Origin: Gemmatimonadales bacterium
GTDB lineage: Bacteria > Gemmatimonadota > Gemmatimonadetes > Gemmatimonadales > GWC2-71-9
Assembly (NCBI GenBank): GCA_041615815.1
Contig: JBFJCP010000014.1
Coordinates: 1-64,000, forward strand
Length of the DNA stretch: 64,000 nt
Direction: 5' to 3'
Positions 51,883 to 62,364 of the stretch are shown here, one piece after another. The notes below the pieces were generated by a model. It worked only from the letters and a program-made list of their open reading frames with translations. It had not been told where the DNA came from and made no database searches. The number at the start of each line of letters is the position of its first letter. Position 1 is the stretch's first letter. The translations under genes and the position numbers were made by a program.

Positions 51883-53142
51883 TCAGTCTCCTCCAGCGGT
51901 GACCGTGGGGGTGCTGTATTGAAAGATCCGATCGTAATACGTGCGCACCGAGTCGAACTCTGCACGACGGGCGGTGGGAACCGGCTCGCCGTCTCCGTAG
52001 CGCACCGCCGTCCGGGGGTCGAGGTGGCGACCGTTCTTGATGAACTCGTAGTGAACGTGGGCGCCGGTGGCCAACCCGGTGGAGCCAACGAAGCCGATGC
52101 GCTCGCCCTGCCGCACGGTGGTGCCCGGCCGAACCCCCCGCGCAAGGGAGCTGAGATGCGCATACCGCGTCTCGACATCCTTGGAGTGCCGAATGGCCAC
52201 CATGATGCCATACCCGCCCCACCGTCCAGCGCGGCTGACCACGCCGTCCGCGGTAGCCCAGACCTCGGCCCCGCGTGGGGCGCCGAAGTCGATTCCCAGA
52301 TGTGGGCGGTACCGTTTGAGGACCGGGTGGTAGCGACGGTTGGAGAAGCGTGACGTAATGCGGTACGGAACGGGCGACAGCTTGAAGTCCCGCAGCAGCG
52401 CGCGCCCTTCCTCGTCGTAATAGGCGTTGCGACCGTCGTCCAGCGGGAGCACGTAGGCGGAATTCAGCCGATTGCGGGTCTCGATACGGGCCGCCGTGAT
52501 GCGGCCGTAGCGAACATCGCCTTGGGGCGACTGGAGACGCTCGAACAGAATCTGAAACTCGTCACCGGGATGGATATCCCGCGTGAAATCGATCACCCAC
52601 CCGAATACGCCGTCGGCGAGATCCCATGCCAGCAAGGCCCGTTGCGCCGCCGGGAGCATGCTATCCGGAACGGCCGCATCCAGCGTCTCAAAGAGCGACG
52701 TTTGGATGGCACCCTGCACGAACTCCAGTTGCACGGTCCACGGGATGGGCTCCGAGGAGCCACTCCAAACTTCGCCGCCACTTCGTTCGAGCGTGAGGAT
52801 GCGCTCGTCCCCCACCCGGACCACGACCCGGTCCGGCTTGGGGTGATTGACCGCGTACGTGAACTGGAACACCTGTCCGGCGCGCACGCGGCGTGGATTC
52901 AGCCCCTCGGCAGCGTCCAACACGGCGAACAGCTCCTGCCCGGAGATGTTGTGGCGCGCAAAGAGGTGGGTGAGGGTTTCGTTCCGGCGCATGGTATCCG
53001 CACGAAGCTCGTGAGCGGTGGTCACCATGATCGGTGCCGCCGTCGGAATCGTATCCCGTGGCTCCCACAGCCAGATCAGCGTGCTGACCAGCAGGGCCAG
53101 CACGCCGAATGGTGCCGCTCCTCGGAGTATTGCTGCGCGCAT
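51883..53142 (-). CDS. M23 family peptidoglycan DD-metalloendopeptidase
   Basis: HLGIDF, YAHLS, GSTGLATGAHVHYE. Confidence 0.92.
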   Translation of the reverse strand: MRAAILRGAAPFGVLALLVSTLIWLWEPRDTIPTAAPIMVTTAHELRADTMRRNETLTHLFARHNISGQELFAVLDAAEGLNPRRVRAGQVFQFTYAVNHPKPDRVVVRVGDERILTLERSGGEVWSGSSEPIPWTVQLEFVQGAIQTSLFETLDAAVPDSMLPAAQRALLAWDLADGVFGWVIDFTRDIHPGDEFQILFERLQSPQGDVRYGRITAARIETRNRLNSAYVLPLDDGRNAYYDEEGRALLRDFKLSPVPYRITSRFSNRRYHPVLKRYRPHLGIDFGAPRGAEVWATADGVVSRAGRWGGYGIMVAIRHSKDVETRYAHLSSLARGVRPGTTVRQGERIGFVGSTGLATGAHVHYEFIKNGRHLDPRTAVRYGDGEPVPTARRAEFDSVRTYYDRIFQYSTPTVTAGGD

Positions 53143-54290
53143 CAATCCATTTGACGGCGGATGAACGTTGGGATCTCCATCTCTGAGATCTCTTCGGCAT
53201 CCGGCGGCGGTGCCGGCTTGGGAGCCGTCATCCCGCGGTTGGGGGGTGCCGCCGGCCGCGGCGCCCGTTGGGGAAAGGGTAGCACCCCGGGTGTCCCGGC
53301 GCGACCAAAGGGGCCTTCTTGCTGGCTCAGGGCCTTGTCGAATCCGGTGGCGATCACCGTCACCCGGACCTCGCCCTGCATGGCGGGATCGTGAACCGCA
53401 CCAAAGATGATTTCGGCCTGATCGCCGGAGGCATCGTGGATGATCTCGCTGATCTGGTTGACCTCCCCGAGCGTGAGATCTTCACCACCGGTGATGTTGA
53501 CGAGGACACCCGTGGATCCGTTGATGCTCACGTCGTCCAGCAGCGGACTCGCGATGGCCTGCTGCGCGGCTTCCATGGCCCGGTCGTCACCGCGGGCCAC
53601 CCCAGTCCCCATCAGGGCGGAGCCGCCGTTCTGCATCACGGTTCGGACGTCGGCGAAGTCCACGTTCACCAGGCCGGTGACGCTGATGAGCGTGGAAATC
53701 CCCTGGGTCGCGTGGAGCAGAACTTCATCGGCCTTCTTCAGCGCCTCCTGAAACGGCACGTTCTTGCCGACTACCGAGAGGAGCCGCTCGTTGGGCACGA
53801 CGATCATCGTGTCCACGTGCTTGCGCATCTCGGCGATCCCGATATCCGCCTGACGCATCCGCTTGCGCCCCTCGAAGAGGAACGGCTTCGTGATGATGCC
53901 GACGGTGAGGGATCCGACGTCGCGTGCGAGCTGGGAGATGATGGGCGACGCGCCCGTGCCGGTCCCACCTCCCATGCCGCAGGTCACGAACACGAGGTCG
54001 GCGCCCTCCAAGACGCGCAGCACCTCGTCCCGATTCTCTTCGATGGCCTGACGCCCAATCTCCGGCCGCGCCCCGGCCCCGAGACCTCGGGTGAGCTTCT
54101 TACCAATCTGAACTTTCACGTCGGCTTTGTTGTGCAGCAAGGCCTGTGCGTCCGTGTTCACCGAGATGAACTCGACGCCCGTGAGATGCTCGTCGATCAT
54201 GCGGTTGACGGCGTTCCCACCGCCACCGCCGACGCCCACCACCTTCATGCGGGCGTTCTGCGACACCGTCTCTTCCAATTCGAAGACCAT
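53142..54290 (-). CDS. ftsZ: Cell division protein FtsZ
   Basis: GGGTGTG tubulin motif, NVDFAD, C-terminal IPTFIRRQMD. Confidence 0.98.
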   Translation of the reverse strand: MVFELEETVSQNARMKVVGVGGGGGNAVNRMIDEHLTGVEFISVNTDAQALLHNKADVKVQIGKKLTRGLGAGARPEIGRQAIEENRDEVLRVLEGADLVFVTCGMGGGTGTGASPIISQLARDVGSLTVGIITKPFLFEGRKRMRQADIGIAEMRKHVDTMIVVPNERLLSVVGKNVPFQEALKKADEVLLHATQGISTLISVTGLVNVDFADVRTVMQNGGSALMGTGVARGDDRAMEAAQQAIASPLLDDVSINGSTGVLVNITGGEDLTLGEVNQISEIIHDASGDQAEIIFGAVHDPAMQGEVRVTVIATGFDKALSQQEGPFGRAGTPGVLPFPQRAPRPAAPPNRGMTAPKPAPPPDAEEISEMEIPTFIRRQMD

Positions 54291-54308
54291 GGTCCCTCGT
54301 TCGCCCTC

Positions 54309-55541
54309 TTAGAAGAAGTCTTGCAGCCAGCGCCTGACTGGCGCGAGCAACTTACCGACAGACGTATCCACTGCTCCGTTGTCACGGAAACGTTGCCGGG
54401 CGGCAAACAACACCAGACCGACCGGCACGGCATACCGTGGCGCCTGCACGCTGTCGACGAGTCCCGAGACGTGCGCTTCCGGCACAGCGGTGCGCACGGA
54501 CATGGCAAACACCTCCCGCACCAACTCCACGATCCCCACCAGGTCCGCGCCGCCTCCCGTGAGGACGACACCGGCCGGCAACCGCCCACCAAACCCGGCG
54601 GCCTCGATCTGATTCAGAACGAGCCGCAGGATTTCGTCCATGCGCGAGTTGATGATATGGGTGAGGAGCTCGCGTTTGGCCTCACGCGGTCCCTGGCCCG
54701 GCGTCCCGGGAAGGGCCACTACTTCTTCCGGATCCACCAACGGAGGGAATGCGACGCCCCACCGTTCCTTGATGCGCTCGGCATCGCGTTGGGTCACGCC
54801 CAAACCTTGCACGAGATCACTCGTGACCAGCCAGCCGGCAAACGGCAGCGACGAGAGGTGCCGCAGCTTTCCCTCATGAAAGATGGCCGTGGTCGTGAGT
54901 CCACCACCGAGATCGATCAAGGCGCATCCGAGCTCTTTCTCTTCGTCACTCAGACAGGCCAGCGACGCTGCGAGCGGTTCCAGCACCAGACCGGCAATCC
55001 GATATCCAGCGCGGTCGACGGCTTTGCAGACGTTCTGCACGTCCTTGCTGTGCACCGAGACCAGACACATCTCGACCTCGAGGCGCATCCCCACCATGCC
55101 CACCGGGTCGTTGATCCCACCCTGAGAGTCGACTTTGTATTCGAGGGGGATGTAATGGAGGAGCTCGTATCCCTCCCCGAGGGGAACCGCCTTGGCCACT
55201 TCGTGCACCCGCTCGGCATCCGGCCGCGTGATCTCGTCACCCGTCACGGAGGCGAGTCCGTGGGACACCTGCGTGCGAATGTGCTCGCCGGCGATCCCGC
55301 AGTAGACACCGGGGACCTCCACACCGGCCATGCGCTCCGCGTCTCGGACCGCCCGGACGATGGATCGCGTCGTCTCCTCGATGTCCCGCACTTTGCCGCG
55401 CTTCACCCCAGACGTGCGAGCCATCCCGATCCCGAGGATCTTGGCGCCGGCCATCCCCTCCTCGGGCATGGCCTCGGCGATGATGGCGCACGTTTTCGTG
55501 CTCCCGAGGTTGAGACTGGCGACCAGATTCTCTCGCTTCAC
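54309..55541 (-). CDS. ftsA: Cell division protein FtsA
   Basis: LGSTKT, EPLAAS, IDLGGG, AERIKERWG, LTGGGA, amphipathic C-terminus WLQDFF. Confidence 0.95.
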   Translation of the reverse strand: MKRENLVASLNLGSTKTCAIIAEAMPEEGMAGAKILGIGMARTSGVKRGKVRDIEETTRSIVRAVRDAERMAGVEVPGVYCGIAGEHIRTQVSHGLASVTGDEITRPDAERVHEVAKAVPLGEGYELLHYIPLEYKVDSQGGINDPVGMVGMRLEVEMCLVSVHSKDVQNVCKAVDRAGYRIAGLVLEPLAASLACLSDEEKELGCALIDLGGGLTTTAIFHEGKLRHLSSLPFAGWLVTSDLVQGLGVTQRDAERIKERWGVAFPPLVDPEEVVALPGTPGQGPREAKRELLTHIINSRMDEILRLVLNQIEAAGFGGRLPAGVVLTGGGADLVGIVELVREVFAMSVRTAVPEAHVSGLVDSVQAPRYAVPVGLVLFAARQRFRDNGAVDTSVGKLLAPVRRWLQDFF

Positions 55542-56218
55542 ACGCCTCCTCGTCGGGCGAACACGCGTCCGGCGAACCGGGCATCGAGCAGCTCGAACCG
55601 TCGGCCCGTAGCGGCAAGGTGGTTCCGCACCGCGCCGAGCGCTCGAATCTCCTCGGCGCTCGGGATGCTGCGAACCACGAGCTCCTGATTCGTGAGCTCC
55701 AACACGACTCCGTCCGGGCCCAACCGACGAGCACTCTGGACCTCGCGGTAGAGCGCCGAATCGCGAACGCGCACCTGCCACAGGGTCCGGACCAGCTGTG
55801 TATCCGGCCGAGGGATCACGGGCAAGTCGAGCCCAGTCACGGCCGGATGGTACGGGAGCGGACGGGCGGCCGTGTCGAGCGCCACCAGTCCCTCCGGTCC
55901 CGGCGCGAACGCCACCGCCGGGCGCTCCCGGAAGACGAGCTGCAGCGTCCCCGGTGGGCGGCGCCGGACTTGCGCGGCGACGACACCAGGGAGACGCTCT
56001 GCCCGCTCCTCGAGCGCTCGCCGATCGTCAAAAAGATTGAGCTCCGCCGGGAGCTCGAGCGCCACCAGAATGCTTTCCGGCGCCAGGTAGCGGAGACCCA
56101 CCAGCTCGACCTGGCGCACCAGGAAGAAGTCCATGTGCCGCAGGAGGAGCGGACTGGCGAACACCGCCACGACGGCAAGGGCCAGGCCGAGACCAGCCAA
56201 TCGGAGTCGAGCGCTCAC
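55538..56218 (-). CDS. ftsQ: Cell division protein FtsQ/DivIB
   Basis: TM, POTRA-like domain, ERPAVA, DARF; position in cluster. Confidence 0.85.
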   Translation of the reverse strand: MSARLRLAGLGLALAVVAVFASPLLLRHMDFFLVRQVELVGLRYLAPESILVALELPAELNLFDDRRALEERAERLPGVVAAQVRRRPPGTLQLVFRERPAVAFAPGPEGLVALDTAARPLPYHPAVTGLDLPVIPRPDTQLVRTLWQVRVRDSALYREVQSARRLGPDGVVLELTNQELVVRSIPSAEEIRALGAVRNHLAATGRRFELLDARFAGRVFARRGGV

Positions 56219-57594
56219 GCCGCGCTCCCCGCCAAACGGTGGAGAAGCTCGGCACCGACTTCCGTGATGTCCCCCGCACCCATGGTGAGCACGACATCTC
56301 CTTCTCTCACGAGTTGCAGCACCCGATCCGCCACATCCGCACGGTTCGGCACCCACACGACGGCGACGCCCGCCCCGCGCGCCGCGTCCGCCACCACTTC
56401 CCCGGTGACTCCCGGTATCGGCGCTTCACGCGCCGGATACACGGCCGTCACCAGCACCACATCTGCTGCGGCGAGGGCCGCTCCCATCGCGGCCCCATGC
56501 CGTTGGGTCCGCGTGTAGAGGTGCGGCTGAAACACGGCAACCAGGCGGGCGCCCGGAAAACGCTGCCGCGCCGCCTCAAGGGTCGCCGTCACCTCCGTGG
56601 GGTGGTGGGCGTAGTCATCCACCACCGTGATCCCGCGACGGGTGCCAAGCCGGTCGAAGCGCCGTCCAACGCCGTCGAAGCCGGCGAGCGCGCGTGCCGC
56701 CGTCGGAACATCTGCACCAACCGCCCATGCCGCGGCCACCGCCATGCCGGCGTTGCGGACGTTGTGGACGCCGGGCACCACGAGACTCACATCCACCTCC
56801 GTGGCATCGGGCAGGCGCACGCGCGCCCGGGATCCTTCGGCATCCGTCGCGACGTTCGTCAACCGAACATCGGCGTCGGCACGCACCCCCACCCCCAGCG
56901 CTGCCCTACCCACGGCCGTTGCGACTCGCCTCGCGCCGGGGTCGTCGGCGCCTACGAACACACGCTCCGCGCGAGCCGCGAATGTGGCGAACGCCGCTTC
57001 CAGGGCGTCCACGGAGCCGTAGCACTCGAGATGGTCCGGCTCCACATTGTTCACGACCGCGACGGTGGGGCTCAGGGTCAAGAAGGCCTTGTCGTATTCA
57101 TCGGCCTCCACGACGAACAGCTCGTCCCCACCGAAGCGCACGTTGCCGCCCCAGGCCGCCACCCGTCCTCCGACGATCCCCGTCGGATTCGCGCCCCCGG
57201 CGGCTAGGGCATGCGTCGTCATCGCCGTCGTCGTGGTCTTGCCGTGGGTGCCGGACACCGCCACGACCACGCCGCCCTCCACCACGTGTTGCAACGCCTC
57301 CGCGCGCCGAATCACCGGGATACCGGCCGCGCGAGCCGCGGACAGTTCCGGGTGGTCGGCCGGCACGGCGGCCGTGTGCACGACGGCACGGGCACCAGCG
57401 ATGTGGCTCGGGTCGTGTCCCGTCGCTACGGGTACACCTGCCCGGACCAGCTCCGCGGCCCCGCTCGCCTGAAGATCACATCCGGTGACTGCCACCCCAC
57501 GTCGCCTGGCAATGAGCGCCAGGGCACTCATCCCCGCGCCGCCTATCCCCATCAGGTGAAGGGGTCGAGGATTGTCCGGGGCGAACAGCTGCAT
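56215..57594 (-). CDS. murC: UDP-N-acetylmuramate--L-alanine ligase
   Basis: GIGGAGMS, GTHGKTTT, EADEYD, DDYAHHP, FQPH. Confidence 0.96.
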   Translation of the reverse strand: MQLFAPDNPRPLHLMGIGGAGMSALALIARRRGVAVTGCDLQASGAAELVRAGVPVATGHDPSHIAGARAVVHTAAVPADHPELSAARAAGIPVIRRAEALQHVVEGGVVVAVSGTHGKTTTTAMTTHALAAGGANPTGIVGGRVAAWGGNVRFGGDELFVVEADEYDKAFLTLSPTVAVVNNVEPDHLECYGSVDALEAAFATFAARAERVFVGADDPGARRVATAVGRAALGVGVRADADVRLTNVATDAEGSRARVRLPDATEVDVSLVVPGVHNVRNAGMAVAAAWAVGADVPTAARALAGFDGVGRRFDRLGTRRGITVVDDYAHHPTEVTATLEAARQRFPGARLVAVFQPHLYTRTQRHGAAMGAALAAADVVLVTAVYPAREAPIPGVTGEVVADAARGAGVAVVWVPNRADVADRVLQLVREGDVVLTMGAGDITEVGAELLHRLAGSAA

Positions 57595-57646
57595 CGGTTG
57601 GGCAGCTAATATAAGGCGCCATCGAAACTTGCGAAAGCTTCTGGAC

Positions 57647-58741
57647 TTAGCTCACCAGGGACCGCAGCGCTCGAGCGATTTCGATCGCGGCGTTCGGGCG
57701 GCCACGCGCGGCGGCTGCTCCGCTCATTTGAGCAAGTCGCGCCGGTGCTCCCAGAAGTTGCCGTATCTGCTCCCCAAGGATTCCAGGCGTCAGCGTGCGT
57801 TCCGGTTGGTGTACGGCCGCCCCGGCTGCTTCGAGCGCGAGGGCGTTGCGCGTCTGGTGATCTGCGGCGGCAGTGGGTAGGGGGATCAAGACCGACGGGA
57901 GCCCCCACGCGCAAAGCTCGGCCGTCGTCATGGCGCCCGCGCGGGTCACTGCGAGATCTGCCGCGGCGTACGCATGGGCGATGGGGTCCCAGAATGGGCG
58001 AAGCAGACACCCGGGCCGTTCTTGAAAATGCGCGTACTGCTCCCACAGGCGGATTCCGGTGCTCCACAGCACCGTAATCCCATCCAGTAGGCCCTCCTGC
58101 AGTGCTCCAGCCGTGGCTCGATTGATTCCCCGTGCTCCCTGGCTCCCGCCCATGACGAACGCCACCGGGCGCTCGATCGGGATCTGCAGGAGGGCGCGGG
58201 CTTCGGGACGGCTGGGACGGGGGGTGGGTGGAGGAACGATGGGGTTGCCGAGCGTGTGAACCGTGGTTTCGGGCCGGATGCTCAGGCGCGTGGCCGCTTC
58301 CGGGAATCCGAGGTGGATCTGGCGGGCCCGCCGAGCCAGACAACGTGTCGTGATGCCGGGGTAGGCGTTCTGCTCTTGGAGTGCGACCGGAATGCCGCGC
58401 CGCGCGGCGCGAAAGACGATCGGACCCGCCGCGTAGCCTCCGGTGCTGATCGCCAATGCGGGTGTTTCTTGGTCGAGGAGCGCAGAGCACGCCCGCCAGA
58501 TCCTGATCCCGACCCCGAGCCACCGTGTGTTTCTCCACCACGTGCGACGATAGATGGGCTCGAAGGGGAGCAGGTGGAAGCGATACGGGCGCCGTGGCAG
58601 GATGGTGGCTTCGACGCCGCGCTGCGCGCCCACCAGGACGGGTTCGACGTTAGGATCCAGCTGCTGGATGGCGTCGGCGAGTGCCAGGGCGGGCATGAGA
58701 TGCCCGCCGGTTCCGCCGCCAGCGATCAGGACCCGAGGCAA
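57647..58741 (-). CDS. murG: Lipid II GlcNAc transferase MurG
   Basis: GGGTGGH, TGGY, EQNA, GGSQGA, RAGAMT, DHQTRNA. Confidence 0.96.
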   Translation of the reverse strand: MPRVLIAGGGTGGHLMPALALADAIQQLDPNVEPVLVGAQRGVEATILPRRPYRFHLLPFEPIYRRTWWRNTRWLGVGIRIWRACSALLDQETPALAISTGGYAAGPIVFRAARRGIPVALQEQNAYPGITTRCLARRARQIHLGFPEAATRLSIRPETTVHTLGNPIVPPPTPRPSRPEARALLQIPIERPVAFVMGGSQGARGINRATAGALQEGLLDGITVLWSTGIRLWEQYAHFQERPGCLLRPFWDPIAHAYAAADLAVTRAGAMTTAELCAWGLPSVLIPLPTAAADHQTRNALALEAAGAAVHQPERTLTPGILGEQIRQLLGAPARLAQMSGAAAARGRPNAAIEIARALRSLVS

Positions 58742-58748
58742 CGGAACG

Positions 58749-59900
58749 TCAGCGGGCCGGCCGCTGGTGGGCGATGTTGATGAGAATGCCGGTGGCGATC
58801 AGCGCGACCACGAGGTGCGTCCCGCCGTACGACAAAAGGGGCAGTGGAAGTCCGGTGGTGGGCATGATGCCCAGCGTCACCGCGATGTGGAGCGCCGCCG
58901 TGAGACCGACGAGCGCGGTGACGCCGGTGGCCAAGAGCATCCCAAACCGGTCCGCGGCGGTCTTGGCGACGCGAAGGCCAAGCACCACGTAGAGGGTGTA
59001 GAGCGTCAGCGTCACCACCACCCCCACAAAGCCGTATTCCTCTCCGATCGTACTGAACAGGAAATCCGAAGCGGCGTGCGGGAGATAGCCCAACTTCTGG
59101 AGGCCCTCGCCCGGTCCCAGACCAAACAACTGTCCCGAGCCGATCCCCAGCAGCGATTGTCTCATTTGCCACCCGAGTGCGGCCGTGGTCTCCTCGCCGA
59201 TACCGAAGATCGAGAGCAGCATTTTGAGAAATGCCGTGACGCGCTCGAGCCGATACGGCTCCGCGATGATCGCCCACGCAAAGAAGGGCAGCGATGCCAA
59301 CGCCACGAGCAGGAAGTGCCCAATGCGGGCGCCCGCCGTGAAGACAACGATGCCGGTCAAAAGCGCCAACCGGGCAGCCGTCGAGAGATCTGGCTGGATG
59401 ACGATCAACCCGGTGAGGGGGACGAGAACGACGAGAAAGCGCGACAGCCCTTCCCGGAAGCTCCCCAACATTTTCTCCCGTTTGGTGGCGAGCATCGCCG
59501 TCCACATGACCGCGGCGAGTGTGGCCACCTCAGAGGGCTGGATGCTCAAGGGTCCGATCCGGATCCAGCGACGTGCGCCATTCACGACCGGGGCGATGCC
59601 GTGGGTGAAGGGCAGCACCACGATGACGAGGCCGATGGTGGCCACGGCCAGCAGAGACCAGGTAACCAGCTCGTCCTGCCACACGTGGTAATCCGTCTTG
59701 GCACAGACCACGAGCAGAATCCCTCCAAGGACGGCCGCGAGCAGCTGTTTGAACGCGAAGTACCAGCCCGGTCGCCCGAGCTCCACCGCGTGGATGCTGG
59801 ACGCTCCATAGACCAATCCGATCCCCACGATGACCAGCGCGACAGCGACGATCCCCACCATCCGTCCCTGGGTGAGATCGCGTTCGCTCAACACCTGCAT
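58749..59900 (-). CDS. ftsW: SEDS peptidoglycan polymerase FtsW
   Basis: NGARRWI, QPSE, QPD, GEEYG, PTTGLPLPLLSYGG. Confidence 0.93.
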   Translation of the reverse strand: MQVLSERDLTQGRMVGIVAVALVIVGIGLVYGASSIHAVELGRPGWYFAFKQLLAAVLGGILLVVCAKTDYHVWQDELVTWSLLAVATIGLVIVVLPFTHGIAPVVNGARRWIRIGPLSIQPSEVATLAAVMWTAMLATKREKMLGSFREGLSRFLVVLVPLTGLIVIQPDLSTAARLALLTGIVVFTAGARIGHFLLVALASLPFFAWAIIAEPYRLERVTAFLKMLLSIFGIGEETTAALGWQMRQSLLGIGSGQLFGLGPGEGLQKLGYLPHAASDFLFSTIGEEYGFVGVVVTLTLYTLYVVLGLRVAKTAADRFGMLLATGVTALVGLTAALHIAVTLGIMPTTGLPLPLLSYGGTHLVVALIATGILINIAHQRPAR

Positions 59901-61246
59901 CGTTCCTCCACCAGCGCGCGGAACCGAGCGCCCCGCTCCTCGAAGTTGGCAAACTGGTCGTAGCTCGCGCAGGCCGGGGCCAGGAGGACAGTCGTGCCCG
60001 AGGTGGCCAGCTCGCCCGCACGGCGGACGGCCTCGTCGAACCTCTGCACCGTCTCTACCGGTGCGCCGCTCGCCGCGAGTGCGGGAGCCACCAAGTGCCC
60101 GGCTGCCCCATACGCGACGACGGCGCGACAGTGTTTGGATAAGGCTTGGGCCAACGGCTCGTAGCGTTCGCCCTTGTGGTGTCCGCCGACGATCAATATG
60201 AAAGGCCCTGTCATGGCCTGGACGGCCCGGATGGCGGCGGTGACGTTGGTTGCCTTCGAGTCGTTGACCCAGCGGACCCCATCGGTTTCCGCCACGGGTT
60301 CGAGGCGGTGGGCGAGCGGTTGGAACGTTCGCAGCCCCCCCGCGAGCGAAGAGGTCTCGACGCCGGTTGCGCGCGCGGCCAGGGCGGCAGCCAGGGCGTT
60401 GGCCACGTTGTGCTCGCCCAACAGGGGGAGCTCGTCCCGCCGCAGCACCGGTTCGTCCTCCACCATCAAATATTCGCCCACTCGATCGAACCAGGCATCG
60501 GCCTCCGCGCCAATTCGGAAGTGTCGCCTCGTTCCCGGCACGCCGCGGGCGAGCGCCAGTACGGCGTCATCGTCGCCATTCAGCACCCATACGGAGTCGG
60601 CCGTCGCGTTGCGGAAGAGTAGGCGTTTGTCCGCGTAGTACGCCTTGGCGTCGGGATACCGATCCAAGTGATCGGGAGCGAGGTTGGTCACGACACCCAC
60701 CGCCGGCGCGAGATGTGGCGCGTCATGGAGCTGAAAGGACGACGCCTCCACGGCAATCCAGTCCGGGAGGGTTGGCTCCCGCGCGACATCGATGAGCGGA
60801 CGGCCGATGTTGCCCGCCGCCTCGGCCCGCAGACCCGCAGTCTGTAAGAGATGGGCAATGAGCGCGGTGGTGGTGCTCTTCCCGTTGGTTCCCGTGACGA
60901 CCACGAGCCGCACACTTTCGAGCGCCCGAACGGCAAGATCCAGCTCCGCCACGATTTCACGACGAGCGGATCGCGCTGCCTTCAGCGCGGGGGCGTCCGG
61001 CGGAACGCCAGGAGAGACAACCACCGCCACCGCGCGCCGGATACGGTCCAAGTCGTGACGACCCACATCCACCGCAACTCCGTCGTGGCTCAGCGTGGCG
61101 GCGGCGGCCCGGAGCACGGGCGTGTCAGCCAGATCGGACCCATACACCGCGACTCCTTGGCGCACGAGCCACTGCGCCGCGGCGATCCCACTCCGCCCCA
61201 ACCCGATCACCGCCACTTCACCCGACCGCCACCCGCTGGGAATCAT
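59888..61246 (-). CDS. murD: UDP-MurNAc-L-Ala--D-glutamate ligase
   Basis: GLGRSG, GTNGKSTT, SSFQL, NDSKATN, APACASYDQF. Confidence 0.96.
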   Translation of the reverse strand: MIPSGWRSGEVAVIGLGRSGIAAAQWLVRQGVAVYGSDLADTPVLRAAAATLSHDGVAVDVGRHDLDRIRRAVAVVVSPGVPPDAPALKAARSARREIVAELDLAVRALESVRLVVVTGTNGKSTTTALIAHLLQTAGLRAEAAGNIGRPLIDVAREPTLPDWIAVEASSFQLHDAPHLAPAVGVVTNLAPDHLDRYPDAKAYYADKRLLFRNATADSVWVLNGDDDAVLALARGVPGTRRHFRIGAEADAWFDRVGEYLMVEDEPVLRRDELPLLGEHNVANALAAALAARATGVETSSLAGGLRTFQPLAHRLEPVAETDGVRWVNDSKATNVTAAIRAVQAMTGPFILIVGGHHKGERYEPLAQALSKHCRAVVAYGAAGHLVAPALAASGAPVETVQRFDEAVRRAGELATSGTTVLLAPACASYDQFANFEERGARFRALVEERCRC

Positions 61247-62364
61247 CGGATCTTGAGCGTCGACAGCGCCAGCAACGCACATAGCACGCCAATGATGTAG
61301 AGACGCGTGACGACCTTGGACTCGGGCCATCCGATCTGTTCGAAATGATGGTGTAACGGCGCCATGCGAAAGAGCCGATGTTGATCCGCGTAGTCCCGGC
61401 CCCGCCGGCGCTTGTGCCAACGATATACACCGGTCTGGAGAATCACCGATACGGCCTCGGCCACGAACACGCCACCGATCAAGAGCAGGAGAAACTCCGA
61501 CTTCAACAGGATCGCCACCGTTCCAAAGGCACCGCCGATGGCCAGGCTCCCGGTATCACCCATGAAGACCTGGGCGGGATGCGCGTTGAACCAGAGAAAG
61601 CCGAGGGCGGCCCCCATGAGGCTGGCGCAGAAGATCGCCATCTCCCCTGCCCCCCGCAGGTAGTAGACCCCGAGGTACTCCGAGGCATCCACCCGCCCAA
61701 ACAGGTAGGCGAAGATGGCGAACGCACCAGCAGCAATGAACGTGAGGCCGGTGGCCAGCCCGTCGAGTCCATCAGTGAGGTTCACCGCATTACTCGTGGC
61801 GGTAATCACGAACGTGACAAATACCACGTAGAGGATGCCGGGAAGGTAGAGCAGCACGTATTTGAACAAGGGCAATTGCGTGGCATTGGCCGGGAGATTA
61901 TCCGCGAGGGGGAAGAACAGCAGGTACGACCCCAACGCCACTCCAAAGGTGATCTGGCCAATCAGTTTGTACCGCGCCACCAGCCCCCGGGACTTCTCCT
62001 GGATGAATTTGAGGTAGTCGTCGATGAACCCAATGGCACCCATCCACAGCGTGGCAACGACAGCGACCAACACGTATCGGTTGTCCAGACGAGCCCACAG
62101 CAATGCGGGGATCAGCGTGCCGATGAGAATGATCAGCCCCCCCATCGTGGGGGTGCCCCGTTTCGTGTGGTGCGACGGTGGACCCTCGGCCCGCACCACT
62201 TGCCCGACGCTGCGGCGCTGCAACTGACGAATTAGCGCCGGTCCCACGACGAAGCTCAACAGGATCGCGGTCACCGTGGCGCCGGCCGCACGGAACGTGA
62301 GGTAGTTGAACAGGTTGAAGGCGATGTGTTTCGCCGCGAGCGGACTCAGCAGGTGGTAGAGCAC
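61243..62364 (-). CDS. mraY: Phospho-N-acetylmuramoyl-pentapeptide transferase
   Basis: KRGTPTMGG, NAVNLTDGLDG, FMGDTGS, MAPLHHHFE. Confidence 0.97.
   Translation of the reverse strand: MLYHLLSPLAAKHIAFNLFNYLTFRAAGATVTAILLSFVVGPALIRQLQRRSVGQVVRAEGPPSHHTKRGTPTMGGLIILIGTLIPALLWARLDNRYVLVAVVATLWMGAIGFIDDYLKFIQEKSRGLVARYKLIGQITFGVALGSYLLFFPLADNLPANATQLPLFKYVLLYLPGILYVVFVTFVITATSNAVNLTDGLDGLATGLTFIAAGAFAIFAYLFGRVDASEYLGVYYLRGAGEMAIFCASLMGAALGFLWFNAHPAQVFMGDTGSLAIGGAFGTVAILLKSEFLLLLIGGVFVAEAVSVILQTGVYRWHKRRRGRDYADQHRLFRMAPLHHHFEQIGWPESKVVTRLYIIGVLCALLALSTLKIR

Noticed and set aside
53319..55688. 789-aa plus-strand ORF and similar long antisense ORFs (1101-2753, 7588-9600, 24010-25146, 58554-59963, 62409-63791)
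   Set aside because: They mirror well-conserved minus-strand genes and have no recognisable motifs; such shadow ORFs are expected from high-GC codon bias.
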